Translations under genes and position numbers: made by a program | The notes under the pieces: model-generated | Database searches by the model: none | What the model was told of the DNA's origin: nothing | Seen by the model: the letters and a program-made list of their open reading frames with translations, nothing else | NCBI GenBank assembly: GCA_051362555.1 | Contig: CM120643.1 | Location: 4,898,001 to 4,962,000, forward strand | Length of the DNA: 64,000 nucleotides | Reading direction: 5' to 3' | Source: Lingula anatina | Taxonomy: Eukaryota > Animalia > Brachiopoda | Shown here: in pieces, positions 38,930-54,347 of the stretch | Position numbering within the stretch: position 1 is the stretch's first letter | Layout: each line of letters opens with the position of its first letter

Positions 38930-39059
38930 CAAGACATCAATGGGATTTAATGAAGACTTCAGCTCCACTGTAAGGTGCTGCCACCAAGTGGATAAAGCAA
39001 GCACTACATTGTAAAATGCAGCAATGGGAAGAGCATCCCCAAGCAGTAAAGTATCATAT
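38930..39059 (-). other. Exon-like segment C (130 nt), representative copy
   Basis: Minus strand: tttctatttcaag|ATATGATAC...GTCTTG|gtgtgt. One frame is open (YDTLLLGDALPIAAFYNVVLALSTWWQHLTVELKSSLNPIDVL); no homolog recognised. The acceptor AG is kept at ~22.1, 30.8, 39.1, 43.0, 45.2, 50.3 and 56.2 kb and lost in long-link and truncated copies. Confidence 0.45.
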
Positions 39060-39627
39060 CTTGAAATAGAAAGTATGTAACAAACCAAAGGAAAATGAAG
39101 AAATTGATTTCTATAATTCATTCAAATAAATTGTTCACACAATAGCTCAGGATTAAAATGACTGCACATGTGCGAAAAGTGCACTGTTTGAAATAAACAA
39201 GTTGGTGAAATTGACAAAGCCTGCCGGTGTTTAGCCACTGGTTGATTTGATTTAATTTGCCCTCTGGTGTTGTTATATATATGTTACATATGGTGTAATA
39301 TATTATACATACAGTGACAATAAAGACATAGACAGTGATCAGAATACATACAGACACATTCAATATCTCAACAGATAATGCAAAGTCATCAAGATGTATA
39401 CATGAAATTTTGTTTATATCAAGAGTTTTGCCCAGCGAACCCTTGCCCCCCCCCCACAACTCCAAACAGATAACATTAACCCTTGTCACGTTGAACATAT
39501 CAAAAACTGATTTGGATCTCAATGACCCATTTACAAATGATAATTTCCCAGTTACAACATATAGTGCCGATGGTCACAATGGGATTGAAAAGAATCACCA
39601 GTGTAGCAATATCGTTGTTGCACTGAC

Positions 39628-39725
39628 CTTTGCTGATATTGTGGGGTTGTAGAAGGAGATGGTGAACAGAGGAATTCAACTGTCCTCAGTGTGATGATAA
39701 TCCAGGAAACACACCTTCATCTCTA
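39628..39725 (-). other. Exon-like segment B (98 or 95 nt, NAGNAG acceptor), representative copy
   Basis: Minus strand: atctgttttcag-tag|AGATGAAG...CAGCAAAG|gtcagt, with a good donor and a pyrimidine-rich acceptor. Present in every B module; stops in all frames in array copies. Confidence 0.5.
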
Positions 39726-39916
39726 CTGAAAACAGATGATAAATCATCAATAAAAAAAAAATATATATATATATATAGACAATGCTAAGGCATCAGAATG
39801 TATACATAAAATTTTGTCTATATCAAGGTTTTTGCTAAGCGCACAACTCCCTCCCACCCCCACCCAAATATCAACAGTTCACATTAACCCTTTATTGTCA
39901 CCTTGAGCATATCTAA

Positions 39917-40127
39917 GACCCATTCCCATAGATATTTAGATCGATCTATCCCCCTGGGGAGTCTCAGCTTAACAGGCTTAAATGTCTGTCCCACCCACTA
40001 AAAGCTGTAAGGGGGTAATTAACTATGGTGTGCGCTCAGCTAACTGCAATTTAGCATGAACCCCCAGGGAGTTAGGTCGATCTAAATCTAAATCTCTGGA
40101 TCAATCTAAATCTCTGGGAATGCACTC
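39917..40127. mobile_element. 211-bp PIF/Harbinger-like MITE, array copy 1 of 7
   Basis: TIR gacccattccc / gggaatgcactc; TSD-like taa/tca; empty site gcatacc-taa-aactgagt at 20781-20798. Confidence 0.8.
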
Positions 40128-41504
40128 TCAAACTGAGTATGCATGATATAATGGCACAATATTAAAGATACAAATAGATTTTTCCCCTGATCATGTGTGT
40201 GTTATGTAATTTTTTATTATTTTTAAAATACTGGATAAGCTGAACACTCCTTTGTTTTAACAAAATGTCAAATTTTTCTGTTTTTGTATTCTAAAAATAA
40301 TACAACTTTCAAAATTGGCATAAAATTGTGTTTAGTTTTTTAAAATCAATTTTGAAGTTCTTTGAGCTTTTTTAATACTAAATTCTCTATCTCTCTTACC
40401 ACACCCTCCCAAAAACAAGCTCTCTCTCTCTCTCTCTCTCTCTCTAACTAACTGACACACACACACAAACTTTTTCTATCTTTCTCACAAACACACACAC
40501 ACACTCACACACACACATTCACACAGAGACAGAAACACACAAAGACATCATTGAGACTTAATGAAAACTTCAGCTTCACTGTAAGGTGCTGCCGCCAAGT
40601 GGATAAAGGAAGCACTACATTGTAAAATGCAGCAATGGGAAGAGCATCCCCAAGCAGTAAAGTATCACATTTTGAAATATAAAAATATGTAACAAACCAA
40701 AGGAAAATTGTTTTCTATTATTCATTCAAATAAATTGTTCACACAATAGCACAGGATTCAAACGATTGCGCATGTGCGAAAAGTGCACTGTTTGAAATAA
40801 ACGAGTTGGTGAAATTGAATAAGCCTGCCGGTGTTTAGCCACTGGTTGATTTGATTTAATTTGCCCTCTGGTGTTGTGTTGAAAATTGATATTACAAACA
40901 TTCTATTGATTTTATGTTTTAAAAAGTAAATCCATTGGAATTTCTTAAGAATAAAAGGGATCTTAATTCATGGGTCAAAATCTGGTAGGGCCATTTTGGG
41001 CAGCTTGGTTAAAAAAATTTGGGCCATTTTTTAAAAATGTGTAACACAGTGATCAAAATATATGATACATACAGTGACAATAAAGACATAGACAGTAATC
41101 AGAATACATGCAGTCACATCCAATATCTCAACAGACAATGCAAAGTCATCAAGATGTATACATGAAAATTTGTTTATACCAGCGAACCCTCACCCCCCAA
41201 CTCCAAACAGATAACATTAACCCTTGTCACCTTGAACATATCAAAAACTGATTTGGATCTCAATGACCCATTTACAAATGATAATTTCCCAGTTACAACA
41301 TATAGTGGCGATGGTCACAATGGGATTGAATAGAATCACCAGTGAAGCAATATCATTGTTGCACTGACCTTTGTTGATACTGTGTGGTTGTAGAAAGAGA
41401 TGGTGAACAGAGGAATTCAACTGTCCTCAGTGTGATGATAATCCAGGAAACAAGCCTTCATTTCTACTGAAAACAGATAATAAATCACCAATAAAAAAAG
41501 AAAA

Positions 41505-41571
<67 letters not shown>

Positions 41572-42649
41572 GACATACACGGTAGTTACAACACAGACAT
41601 CTCTCTAACTCACACGCACACACGAACCCTTCTCTCTTTCTCACACACACACACACACACATTCACACAGAGAAAGAAACACACCAAGACATCAATGAGA
41701 TTTAATGAAGACTTCAGCTCCACTGTAAGGTGCTGCCGCCAAGTGGATAAAGGAAGCACTACATTGTAAAATGCAGCAATGGGAAGAGCATCCCCAAGCA
41801 GTAAAGTATCACATTTTGAAATATAAAAATATGTAACAAACCAAAGGAAAATTGTTTTCTATTATTCATTCAAATAAATTGTTCACACAATAGCACAGGA
41901 TTCAAACGATTGCGCATGTGCGAAAAGTGCATTGTTTGAAATAAACGAGTTGGTGAAATTGATAAAGCCTGCCGGTGTTAAGGCCACTGGTTGATTTGAT
42001 TTAATTTGCCCTCTGGTGTTGTGTTGAAAATTGATATTACAAACATTCTATTGATTTTATGTTTTAAAAAGTAAATCCATTGGAATTTTTTAAGAATAAC
42101 AGGGATCTTAATTCATGGGTCAAAATCTGGTAGGGCCATTTTGGCCAGCTTGGTTAAAAAAAATTGGGCCATTTTTTAAAAATGTGTAACACAGTGATCA
42201 AAATATATGATACATACAGTGACAATAAAGACATAGACAGTAATCAGAATACATGCAGTCACATTCAATATCTCAACAGACAATGCAAAGTCATCAAGAT
42301 GTATACATGAAAATTTGTTTATACCAGCGAACCCTCACCCCCCAACTCCAAACAGATAACATTAACCCTTGTCACCTTGAACATATCAAAAACTGATTTG
42401 GATCTCAATGACCCATTTACAAATGATAATTTCCCAGTTACAACATATAGTGGCGATGGTCACAATGGGATTGAATAGAATCACCAGTGAAGCAATATCA
42501 TTGTTGCACTGACCTTTGCTGATACTGTGTGGTTGTAGAAAGAGATGGTGAACAGAGGAATTCAACTGTCCTCAGTGTGATGATAATCCAGGAAACATGC
42601 CTTCATTTCTACTGAAAACAGATAATAAATCACCAATAAAAAAAGAAAA

Positions 42650-42726
<77 letters not shown>

Positions 42727-44471
42727 GACATACACGGTAGTTACAACACAGACATCTCTCTAACTCACACGCACACACGAACCCTTCTCTCTTTCTCACA
42801 CACACACACACACACACATTCACACAGAGAAAGAAACACACCAAGACATCAATGAGATTTAATGAAGACTTCAGCTCCACTGTAAGGTGCTGCCACCAAG
42901 TGGATAAAGCAAGCACTACATTGTAAAATGCAACAATGGGAAGAGCATCCCCAAGCAGTAAAGTATCATATCTTGAAATAGAAAGTATGTAACAAACCAA
43001 TGGAAAATGAAGAAATTGATTTCTATAATTCATTCAAATAAATTGTTCACACAATAGCTCAGGATTAAAATGACTGCACATGTGCGAAAAGTGCACTGTT
43101 TGAAATAAACAAGTTGGTGAGATTGACAAAGCCTGCTGGTGTTTAGCCACTGGTTGATTTGATTTAATTTGCCCTCTGGTGTTGTTATATATATGTTATA
43201 TATGGTGTAATATATTATACATACAGTGACAATAAAGACATAGACAGTGATCAGAATACATACAGACACATTCAATATCTCAACAGACAATGCAAAGTCA
43301 TCAAGATGTATACATGAAAATTTGTTTATACCAGCGAACCCTCGCCCCCCAACTCCAAACAGATAACATTGACCCTTGTCACCTTGAACATATCAAAAAC
43401 TGATTTGGATCTCAATGACCCATTTACAAATGATAATTTCCCAGTAACAACATATAGTGGCGATGGTCACAATGGGATTGAAAAGAATCACCAGTGTAGC
43501 AATATCGTTGTTGCACTGACCTTTGCTGATATTGTGGGGTTGTAGAACGAGATGGTGAACAGAGGAATTCAACTGTCCTCAGTGTGATGATAATCCAGGA
43601 AACACGCCTTCATTTCTACTGAAAACAGATACTTAATCATCAATAAAAAAAAAATACATATATATATATATATGTAGACATATACGCTAGTTACAACACA
43701 TACATCTCTCTAACTCACACGCAAACACACACGAACCCTTCTCTCTTTCTCACACACACATTCACACAGAGAAAGAAACACACCAAGACATCAATGAGAT
43801 TTAATGAAGACTTCAGCTCCACTGTAAGGTGCTGCCACCAAGTGGATAAAGCAAGCACTTATATATTATACATACAGTGACAATAAAGACATAGACAGTG
43901 ATCAGAATACATACAGACACATTCAATATCTCAACAGACAATGCAAAGTCATCAAGATGTATACATGAAATTTTGTTTATATCAAGAGTTTTGCCCAGCG
44001 AACCCTCGCCCCCCCCAACTCCAAACAGATAACATTAACCCTTGTCACGTTGAACATATCAAAAACTGATTTGGATCTCAATTACCCATTTACAAATGAT
44101 AATTTCCCAGTTACAACATATAGTGCCGATGGTCACAATGGGATTGAAAAAAATCACCAGTGTAGCAATATCGTTGTTGCACTGACCTTTGCTGATATTG
44201 TGGGGTTGTAGAACAAGATGGTGAACAGAGGAATTCAACTGTCCTCAGTGTGATGATAATCCAGGAAACACACCTTCATCTCTACTGAAAACAGATGATA
44301 AATCATCAATAAAAAAAATATATATATATATATACAATACTAAGGCATCAGAATGTATACATAAAATTTTGTCTATATCAAGGTTTTTGCTAAGCGCACA
44401 ACTCCCTCCCACCCCCACCCAAATATCAACAGTTCACATTAACCCTTTATTGTCACCTTGAGCATATCTAA

Positions 44472-44682
44472 GACCCATTCCCATAGATATTTAGATCGAT
44501 CTATCCCCCTGGGGAGTCTCAGCTTAACAGGCTTAAATGTCTGTCCCACCCACTAAAAGCTGTAAGGGGGTAATTAACTATGGTGCGCGCTCGGCTGACT
44601 GCAATTTAGCATGAACCCCCAGGGAGTTAGGTCGATCTAAATCTAAATTTCTGGATCAATCTAAATCTCTGGGAATGCACTC
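44472..44682. mobile_element. 211-bp MITE, array copy 2
   Basis: Same element and flanks as 39917-40127. Confidence 0.8.
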
Positions 44683-45906
44683 TCAAACTGAGTATGCATG
44701 ATATAATGGCACAATATTAAAGATATAAAGAGATTTTTCCCCTGATCATGTGTGTGTTATGTAATTTTTTATTATTTTTAAAATACTGGATAAGCTGAAC
44801 ACTCCTTTGTTTTAACAAAATGTCAAATTTTTCTGTTTTTGTATTCTAAAAATAATACAACTTTCAAAATTGGCATAAAATTGTGTTTAGTTTTTTAAAA
44901 TCAATTTTGAAGTTCTTTGAGCTTTTTTAATACTAAATTCCCTATCTCTCTTACCACACAATCCCAAAAACAAGCTCTCTCTCTCTCTCTCTCTCTCTCT
45001 AACTAACTGACACACACACACACACACAAACTTTTTCTATCTTTCTCACAAACACACACACACACTCACACACACACATTCACACAGAGACAGAAACACA
45101 CCAAGACATCATTGAGATTTAATGAAGACTTCAGCTCCACTGTAAGGTGCTGCCACCAAGTGGATAAAGCAAGCACTACATTGTAAAATGCAACAATGGG
45201 AAGAGCATCCCCAAGCAGTAAAGTATCATATCTTGAAATAGAAAGTATGTAACAAACCAATGGAAAATGAAGAAATTGATTTCTATAATTCATTCAAATA
45301 AATTGTTCACACAATAGCTCAGGATTAAAATGACTGCACATGTGCGAAAAGTGCACTGTTTGAAATAAACAAGTTGGTGAGATTGACAAAGCCTGCCGGT
45401 GTTTAGCCACTGGTTGATTTGATTTAATTTGCCCTCTGGTGTTGTTATATATATGTTATATATGGTGTAATATATTATACATACAGTGACAATAAAGACA
45501 TAGACAGTGATCAGAATACATACAGACACATTCAATATCTCAACAGACAATGCAAAGTCATCAAGATGTATACATGAAAATTTGTTTATACCAGCGAACC
45601 CTCGCCCCCCAACTCCAAACAGATAACATTGACCCTTGTCACCTTGAACATATCAAAAACTGATTTGGATCTCAATGACCCATTTACAAATGATAATTTC
45701 CCAGTAACAACATATAGTGGCGATGGTCACAATGGGATTGAAAAGAATCACCAGTGTAGCAATATCGTTGTTGCACTGACCTTTGCTGATATTGTGGGGT
45801 TGTAGAACGAGATGGTGAACAGAGGAATTCAACTGTCCTCAGTGTGATGATAATCCAGGAAACACGCCTTCATTTCTACTGAAAACAGAAACTTAATCAT
45901 CAATAA

Positions 45907-45937
<31 letters not shown>

Positions 45938-46736
45938 TGTAGACATATACGCTAGTTACAACACATACATCTCTCTAACTCACACGCACACACACACGAA
46001 CCCTTCTCTCTTTCTCACACACACATTCACACAGAGAAAGAAACACACCAAGACATCAATGAGATTTAATGAAGACTTCAGCTCCACTGTAAGGTGCTGC
46101 CACCAAGTGGATAAAGCAAGCACTTATATATTATACATACAGTGACAATAAAGACATAGACAGTGATCAGAATACATACAGACACATTCAATATCTCAAC
46201 AGACAATGCAAAGTCATCAAGATGTATACATGAAATTTTGTTTATATCAAGAGTTTTGCCCAGCGAACCCTCGCCCCCCCCAACTCCAAACAGATAACAT
46301 TAACCCTTGTCACGTTGAACATATTAAAAACTGATTTGGATCTCAATTACCCATTTACAAATGATAATTTCCCAGTTACAACATATAGTGCCGATGGTCA
46401 CAATGGGATTGAAAAAAATCACCAGTGTAGCAATATCGTTGTTGCACTGACCTTTGCTGATATTGTGGGGTTGTAGAACAAGATGGTGAACAGAGGAATT
46501 CAACTGTCCTCAGTGTGATGATAATCCAGGAAACACACCTTCATCTCTACTGAAAACAGATGATAAATCATCAATAAAAAAAAAAAATATATATATATAC
46601 AATGCTAAGGCATCAGAATGTATACATAAAATTTTGTCTATATCAAGGTTTTTGCTAAGCGCACAACTCCCTCCCACCCCCACCCAAATATCAACAGTTC
46701 ACATTAACCCTTTATTGTCACCTTGAGCATATCTAA

Positions 46737-46947
46737 GACCCATTCCCATAGATATTTAGATCGATCTATCCCCCTGGGGAGTCTCAGCTTAACAGGCTTA
46801 AATGTCTGTCCCACCCACTAAAAGCTGTAAGGGGGTAATTAACTATGGTGCGCGCTCGGCTGACTGCAATTTAGCATGAACCCCCAGGGAGTTAGGTCGA
46901 TCTAAATCTAAATTTCTGGATCAATCTAAATCTCTGGGAATGCACTC
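46737..46947. mobile_element. 211-bp MITE, array copy 3
   Basis: Same element and flanks as 39917-40127. Confidence 0.8.
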
Positions 46948-47235
46948 TCAAACTGAGTATGCATGATATAATGGCACAATATTAAAGATATAAAGAGATT
47001 TTTCCCCTGATCATGTGTGTGTTATGTAATTTTTCATTATTTTTAAAATACTGGATAAGCTGAACACTCCTTTGTTTTAACAAAATGTCAAATTTTTCTG
47101 TTTTTGTATTCTAAAAATAATACAACTTTCAAAATTGGCATAAAATTGTGTTTAGTTTTTTAAAATCAATTTTGAAGTTCTTTGAGCTTTTTAAATACTA
47201 AATTCCCTATCTCTCTTACCACACAATCCCAAAAA

Positions 47236-47270
<35 letters not shown>

Positions 47271-48497
47271 ACTAACTGACACACACACACACACACACAC
47301 AAACTTTTTCTATCTTTCTCACAAACACACACACACACACTCACACACACACATTCACACAGAGACAGAAACACACAAAGACATCATTGAGACTTAATGA
47401 AAACTTCAGCTTCACTGTAAGGTGCTGCCGCCAAGTGGATAAAGGAAGCACTACATTGTAAAATGCAGCAATGGGAAGAGCATCCCCAAGCAGTAAAGTA
47501 TCATATTTTGAAATATAAAAATATGTAACAAACCAAAGGAAAATTGATTTCTATAATTCATTCAAATAAATTGTTCACACAATAGCACAGGATTCAAACG
47601 ATTGCGCATGTGCGAAAAGTGCACCGTTTGAAAGAAACAAGTTGGTGAAATTGATAAAGCCTGCCGGTGTTAAGCCACTGGTTGATTTGATTTAATTTGC
47701 CCTCTGGTGTTGTTTTGAAAATAGATATTACAAACATTCTATTGATTTTATGTTTTAAAAAGTAAATCCATTGGAATTTCTTTAGAATAACAGGGATCTT
47801 AATTCATGGGTCAAAATCTGGTAGGGCAATTTTGGGCAGCTTGGTTAAAAAAATTTGGGCCATTTTTAAAAAATGTGTAACACAGTGATCAAAATATATG
47901 ATACATACAGTGACAATAAAGACATAGACAGTGATCAGAATACATGCAGTCACATCCAATATCTCAACAGACAATGCAAAGTCATCAAGATGTATACATG
48001 AAAATTTGTTTATACCAGCGAACCCTCACCCCCCAACTCCAAACAGATAACATTAACCCTTGTCACCTTGAACATATCAAAAACTGATTTGGATCTCAAT
48101 GACCCATTTACAAATGATAATTTCCCAGTTACAACATATAGTGCCGATGGTCACAATGGGATTGAAAAGAATCACCAGTGTAGCAATATCGTTGTTGCAC
48201 TGACCTTTGCTGATATTGTGGGGTTGTAGAACAAGATGGTGAACAGAGGAATTCAACTGTCCTCAGTGTGATGATAATCCAGGAAACACACCTTCATCTC
48301 TACTGAAAACAGATGATAAATCATCAATAAAAAAAAAATATATATATATATATATATAGACAATGCTAAGGCATCAGAATGTATACATAAAATTTTGTCT
48401 ATATCAAGGTTTTTGCTAAGCGCACAACTCCCTCCCACCCCCACCCAAATATCAACAGTTCACATTAACCCTTTATTGTCACCTTGAGCATATCTAA

Positions 48498-48708
48498 GAC
48501 CCATTCCCATAGATATTTAGATCGATCTATCCCCCTGGGGAGTCTCAGCTTAACAGGCTTAAATGTCTGTCCCACCCACTAAAAGCTGTAAGGGGGTAAT
48601 TAACTATGGTGCGCGCTCGGCTGACTGCAATTTAGCATGAACCCCCAGGGAGTTAGGTCGATCTAAATCTAAATATCTAGATCAATCTAAATCTCTGGGA
48701 ATGTACTC
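48498..48708. mobile_element. 211-bp MITE, array copy 4
   Basis: Same element and flanks as 39917-40127. Confidence 0.8.
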
Positions 48709-51700
48709 TCAAACTGAGTATGCATGATATAATGGCACAATATTAAAGATATAAAGAGATTTTTCCTCTGATCATGTGTGTGTTATGTAATTTTTTATTA
48801 TTTTTAAAATACTGGATAAGCTGAACACTTCTTTGTTTTAACAAAATGTCAAATTTTTCTGTTTTTGTATTCTAAAAATAATACAACTTTCAAAATTGGC
48901 ATAAAATTGTGTTTAGTTTTTTAAAATCAATTTTGAAGTTCTTTGAGCTTTTTTAATACTAAATTCCCTATCTCTCTTACCACACAATCCCAAAAACAAG
49001 CTCTCTCTCTCTCTCTCTCTCTCTAACTAACTGACACACACACACAAACTTTTTCTATCTTTCTCACAAACACACACACACACTCACACACACACATTCA
49101 CACAGAGACAGAAACACACAAAGACATCATTGAGACTTAATGAAAACTTCAGCTTCACTGTAAGGTGCTGCCGCCAAGTGGATAAAGGAAGCACTACATT
49201 GTAAAATGCAGCAATGGGAAGAGCATCCCCAAGCAGTAAAGTATCATATTTTGAAATATAAAAATATGTAACAAACCAAAGGAAAATTGATTTCTATAAT
49301 TCATTCAAATAAATTGTTCACACAATAGCACAGGATTCAAACGATTGCGAATGTGCGAAAAGTGCACCGTTTGAAAGAAACAAGTTGGTGAAATTGATAA
49401 AGCCTGCCGGTGTTAAGCCACTGGTTGATTTGTTTTAATTTGCCCTCTGGTGTTGTTTTGAAAATAGATATTACAAACTTTCTATTGATTTTATGTTTTA
49501 AAAAGTAAATCCATTGGAATTTCTTTAGAATAACAGGGATCTTAATTCATGGGTCAAAATCTGGTAGGGCCATTTTGGCCCACTTGGTTAAAAAAATTTG
49601 GGCCATTTTTAAAAAATGTGTAACACAGTGATCAAAATATATGATACATACAGTGACAATAAAGACATAGACAGTGATCAGAATACATACAGACACATCC
49701 AATATCTCAACAGACAATGCAAAGTCATCAAGATGTATACATGAAAATTTGTTTATACCAGCGAACCCTCGTCCCCAACTCCAAACAGATAACATTGACC
49801 CTTAATTGTCACCTTGAATATATCAAAAACTGATTTGGATCTCAATGACCCATTTACAAATGATAATTTCCCAGTAACAACATATAGTGGCGATGGTCAC
49901 AATGGGATTGAAAAGAATCACCAGTGTAGCAATATCGTTGTTGCACTGACCTTTGCTGATATTGTGGGGTTGTAGAACGAGATGGTGAACAGAGGAATTC
50001 AACTGTCCTCAGTGTGATGATAATCCAGGAAACACGCCTTCATTTCTACTGAAAACAGATAATAAATCACCAATAAAAAGAGAAAAATACATATATATAT
50101 ATATGTAGACATATACGATAGTTACAACACAGACATCTCTCTAACTCACACGCACACACGAACCCTTCTCTCTTTCTCACACACACACACACACACATTC
50201 ACACAGAGAAAGAAACACACCAAGACATTAATGAGATTTAATGAAGACTTCAGCTCCACTGTAAGGTGCTGCCACCAAGTGGATAAAGCAAGCACTACAT
50301 TGTAAAATGCAACAATGGGAAGAGCATCCCCAAGCAGTAAAGTATCATATCTTGAAATAGAAAGTATGTAACAAACCAATGGAAAATGAAGAAATTGATT
50401 TCTATAATTCATTCAAATAAATTGTTCACACAATAGCTCAGGATTAAAATGACTGCACATGTGCGAAAAGTGTACTGTTTGAAATAAACAAGTTGGTGAG
50501 ATTGACAAAGCCTGCCGGTGTTTAGCCACTGGTTGATTTGATTTAATTTGCCCTCTGGTGTTGTTATATATATGTTATATATGGTGTAATATATTATACA
50601 TACAGTGACAATAAAGACATAGACAGTGATCAGAATACATACAGACACATTCAATATCTCAACAGATAATGCAAAGTCATCAAGATGTATACATGAAATT
50701 TTGTTTATATCAAGAGTTTTGCCCAGCGAACCCTTGCCCCCCGAACTGCAAACAGATAACATTAACCCTTGTCACGTTGAACATATCAAAAACTGATTTG
50801 GATCTCAATGACCCATTTACAAATGATAATTTCCCAGTAACAACATATAGTGGCGATGGTCACAATGGGATTGAAAAGAATCACCAGTGTAGCAATATCG
50901 TTCTTGCACTGACCTTTGCTGATATTGTGGGGTTGTAGAACGAGATGGTGAACAGAGGAATTCAACTGTCCTCAGTGTGATGATAATCCAGGAAACACGC
51001 CTTCATTTCTACTGAAAACAGATACTAAATCATCAATAAAAAAAAAAATACATATATATATACTAGTATATGTAGACATATACGCTAGTTACAACACATA
51101 CATCTCTCTAACTCACACGCACACACACACGAACCCTTCTCTCTTTCTCACACACACATTCACACAGAGAAAGAAACACACCAAGACATCAATGAGATTT
51201 AATGAAGACTTCAGCTCCACTGTAAGGTGCTGCCACCAAGTGGATAAAGCAAGCACTTATATATTATACATACAGTGACAATAAAGACATAGACAGTGAT
51301 CAGAATACATACAGACACATTCAATATCTCAACAGACAATGCAAAGTCATCAAGATGTATACATGAAATTTTGTTTATATCAAGAGTTTTGCCCAGCGAA
51401 CCCTCGCCCCCCCAACTCCAAACAGATAACATTAACCCTTGTCACGTTGAACATATCAAAAACTGATTTGGATCTCAATTACCCATTTACAAATGATAAT
51501 TTCCCAGTTACAACATATAGTGCCGATGGTCACAATGGGATTGAAAAAAATCACCAGTGTAGCAATATCGTTGTTGCACTGACCTTTGCTGATATTGTGG
51601 GGTTGTAGAACAAGATGGTGAACAGAGGAATTCAACTGTCCTCAGTGTGATGATAATCCAGGAAACACACCTTCATCTCTACTGAAAACAGATGATAAAT

Positions 51701-51868
51701 CATCAATAAAAAAAAAATATATATATATAGACAATGCTAAGGCATCAGAATGTATACATAAAATTTTGTCTATATCAAGGTTTTTGCTAAGCGCACAACT
51801 CCCTCCCACCCCCACCCAAATATCAACAGTTCACATTAACCCTTTATTGTCACCTTGAGCATATCTAA

Positions 51869-52079
51869 GACCCATTCCCATAGATATTTAGATCGATCTA
51901 TCCCCCTGGGGAGTCTCAGCTTAACAGGCTTAAATGTCTGTCCCACCCACTAAAAGCTGTAAGGGGGTAATTAACTATGGTGCGCGCTCGGCTGACTGCA
52001 ATTTAGCATGAACCCCCAGGGAGTTAGGTCGATCTAAATCTAAATTTCTGGATCAATCTAAATCTCTGGGAATGCACTC
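51869..52079. mobile_element. 211-bp MITE, array copy 5
   Basis: Same element and flanks as 39917-40127. Confidence 0.8.
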
Positions 52080-52367
52080 TCAAACTGAGTATGCATGATA
52101 TAATGGCACAATATTAAAGATATAAAGAGATTTTTCCCCTGATCATGTGTGTGTTATGTAATTTTTTATTATTTTTAAAATACTGGATAAGCTGAACACT
52201 CCTTTGTTTTAACAAAATGTCAAATTTTTCTGTTTTTGTATTCTAAAACTAATACAACTTTCAAAATTGGCATAAAATTGTGTTTAGTTTTTTAAAATCA
52301 ATTTTGAAGTTCTTTGAGCTTTTTTAATACTAAATTCCCTATCTCTCTTACCACACAATCCCAAAAA

Positions 52368-52405
<38 letters not shown>

Positions 52406-53460
52406 AACTGACACACACACACACACACAAACTTTTTCTATCTTTCTCACAAACACACACACACACTCACACACACACATTCACACAGAGACAGAAACAC
52501 ACAAAGACATCATTGAGACTTAATGAAAACTTCAGCTTCACTGTAAGGTGCTGCCGCCAAGTGGATAAAGGAAGCAATACATTGTAAAATGCAGCAATGG
52601 GAAGAGCATCCCCAAGCAGTAAAGTATCATATTTTGAAATATAAAAATATGTAACAAACCAAAGGAAAATTGATTTCTATAATTCATTCAAATAAATTGT
52701 TCACACAATAGCACAGGATTCAAACGATTGCGCATGTGCGAAAAGTGCACCGTTTGAAAGAAACAAGTTGGTGAAATTGATAAAGCCTGCCGGTGTTAAG
52801 CCACTGGTTGATTTGATTTAATTTGCCCTCTGGTGTTGTTTTGAAAATAGATATTACAAACATTCTATTGATTTTATGTTTTAAAAAGTAAATCCATTGG
52901 AATTTCTTTAGAATAACAGGGATCTTAATTCATGGGTCAAAATCTGGTAGGGCCATTTTGGGCAGCTTGGTTAAAAAAATTTGGGCCATTTTTTAAAAAT
53001 GTGTAACACAGTGATCAAAATATATGATACATACAGTGACAATAAAGACAGTGATCAGAATACATGCAGTCACATCCAATATCTCAACAGACAATGCAAA
53101 GTCATCAAGATGTATACATGAAAATTTGTTTATACCAGCGAACCCTCACCCCCCAACTCCAAACAGATAACATTAACCCTTGTCACCTTGAACATATCAA
53201 AAACTGATTTGGATCTCAATGACCCATTTACAAATGATAATTTCCCAGTTACAACATATAGTGGCGATGGTCACAATGGGATTGAATAGAATCACCAGTG
53301 AAGCAATATCATTGTTGCACTGACCTTTGCTGATACTGTGTGGTTGTAGAACGAGATGGTGAACAGAGGAATTCAACTGTCCTCAGTGTGATGATAATCC
53401 AGGAAACATGCCTTCATTTCTACTGAAAACAGATAATAAATCACCAATAAAAAGAGAAAA

Positions 53461-53543
<83 letters not shown>

Positions 53544-54175
53544 GACATATACGGTAGTTACAACACAGACATCTCTCTAACTCACACGCACACGAACCCT
53601 TCTCTCTTTCTCACACACACATTCACACAGAGAAAGAAACACACCAAGACATCAATGAGATTTAATGAAGACTTCAGCTCCACTGTAAGGTGCTGCCACC
53701 AAGTGGATAAAGCAAGCACTTATATATTATACATACAGTGACAATAAAGACATAGACAGTGATCAGAATACATACAGACACATTCAATATCTCAACAGAC
53801 AATGCAAAGTCATCAAGATGTATACATGAAATTTTGTTTATATCAAGAGTTTTGCCCAGCGAACCCTCGCCCCCCCAACTCCAAACAGATAACATTAACC
53901 CTTGTCACGTTGAACATATCAAAAACTGATTTGGATCTCAATTACCCATTTACAAATGATAATTTCCCAGTTACAACATATAGTGCCGATGGTCACAATG
54001 GGATTGAAAAGAATCACCAGTGTAGCAATATCGTTGTTGCACTGACCTTTGCTGATATTGTGGGGTTGTAGAACAAGATGGTGAACAGAGGAATTCAACT
54101 GTCCTCAGTGTGATGATAATCCAGGAAACACACCTTCATCTCTACTGAAAACAGATGATAAATCATCAATAAAAA

Positions 54176-54206
<31 letters not shown>

Positions 54207-54347
54207 TAGACAATGCTAAGGCATCAGAATGTATACATAAAATTTTGTCTATATCAAGGTTTTTGCTAAGCGCACAACTCCCTCCCACCCCCACCCAAAT
54301 ATCAACAGTTCACATTAACCCTTTATTGTCACCTTGAGCATATCTAA

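Noticed and set aside
38960-39025. Pre-miRNA hairpin in exon-like C (tgtaaggtgctgc / gcaagcactaca)
   Set aside because: Bulged ~15-bp stem; long-link variants (ggaagcac) weaken it and truncated modules delete one arm; no known mature miRNA recognised.
39688-39730. Box C/D snoRNA (gtgatga ... ctga) in each B module
   Set aside because: Only ~40 nt from box C to box D, no terminal stem, and older copies read gtgacga.
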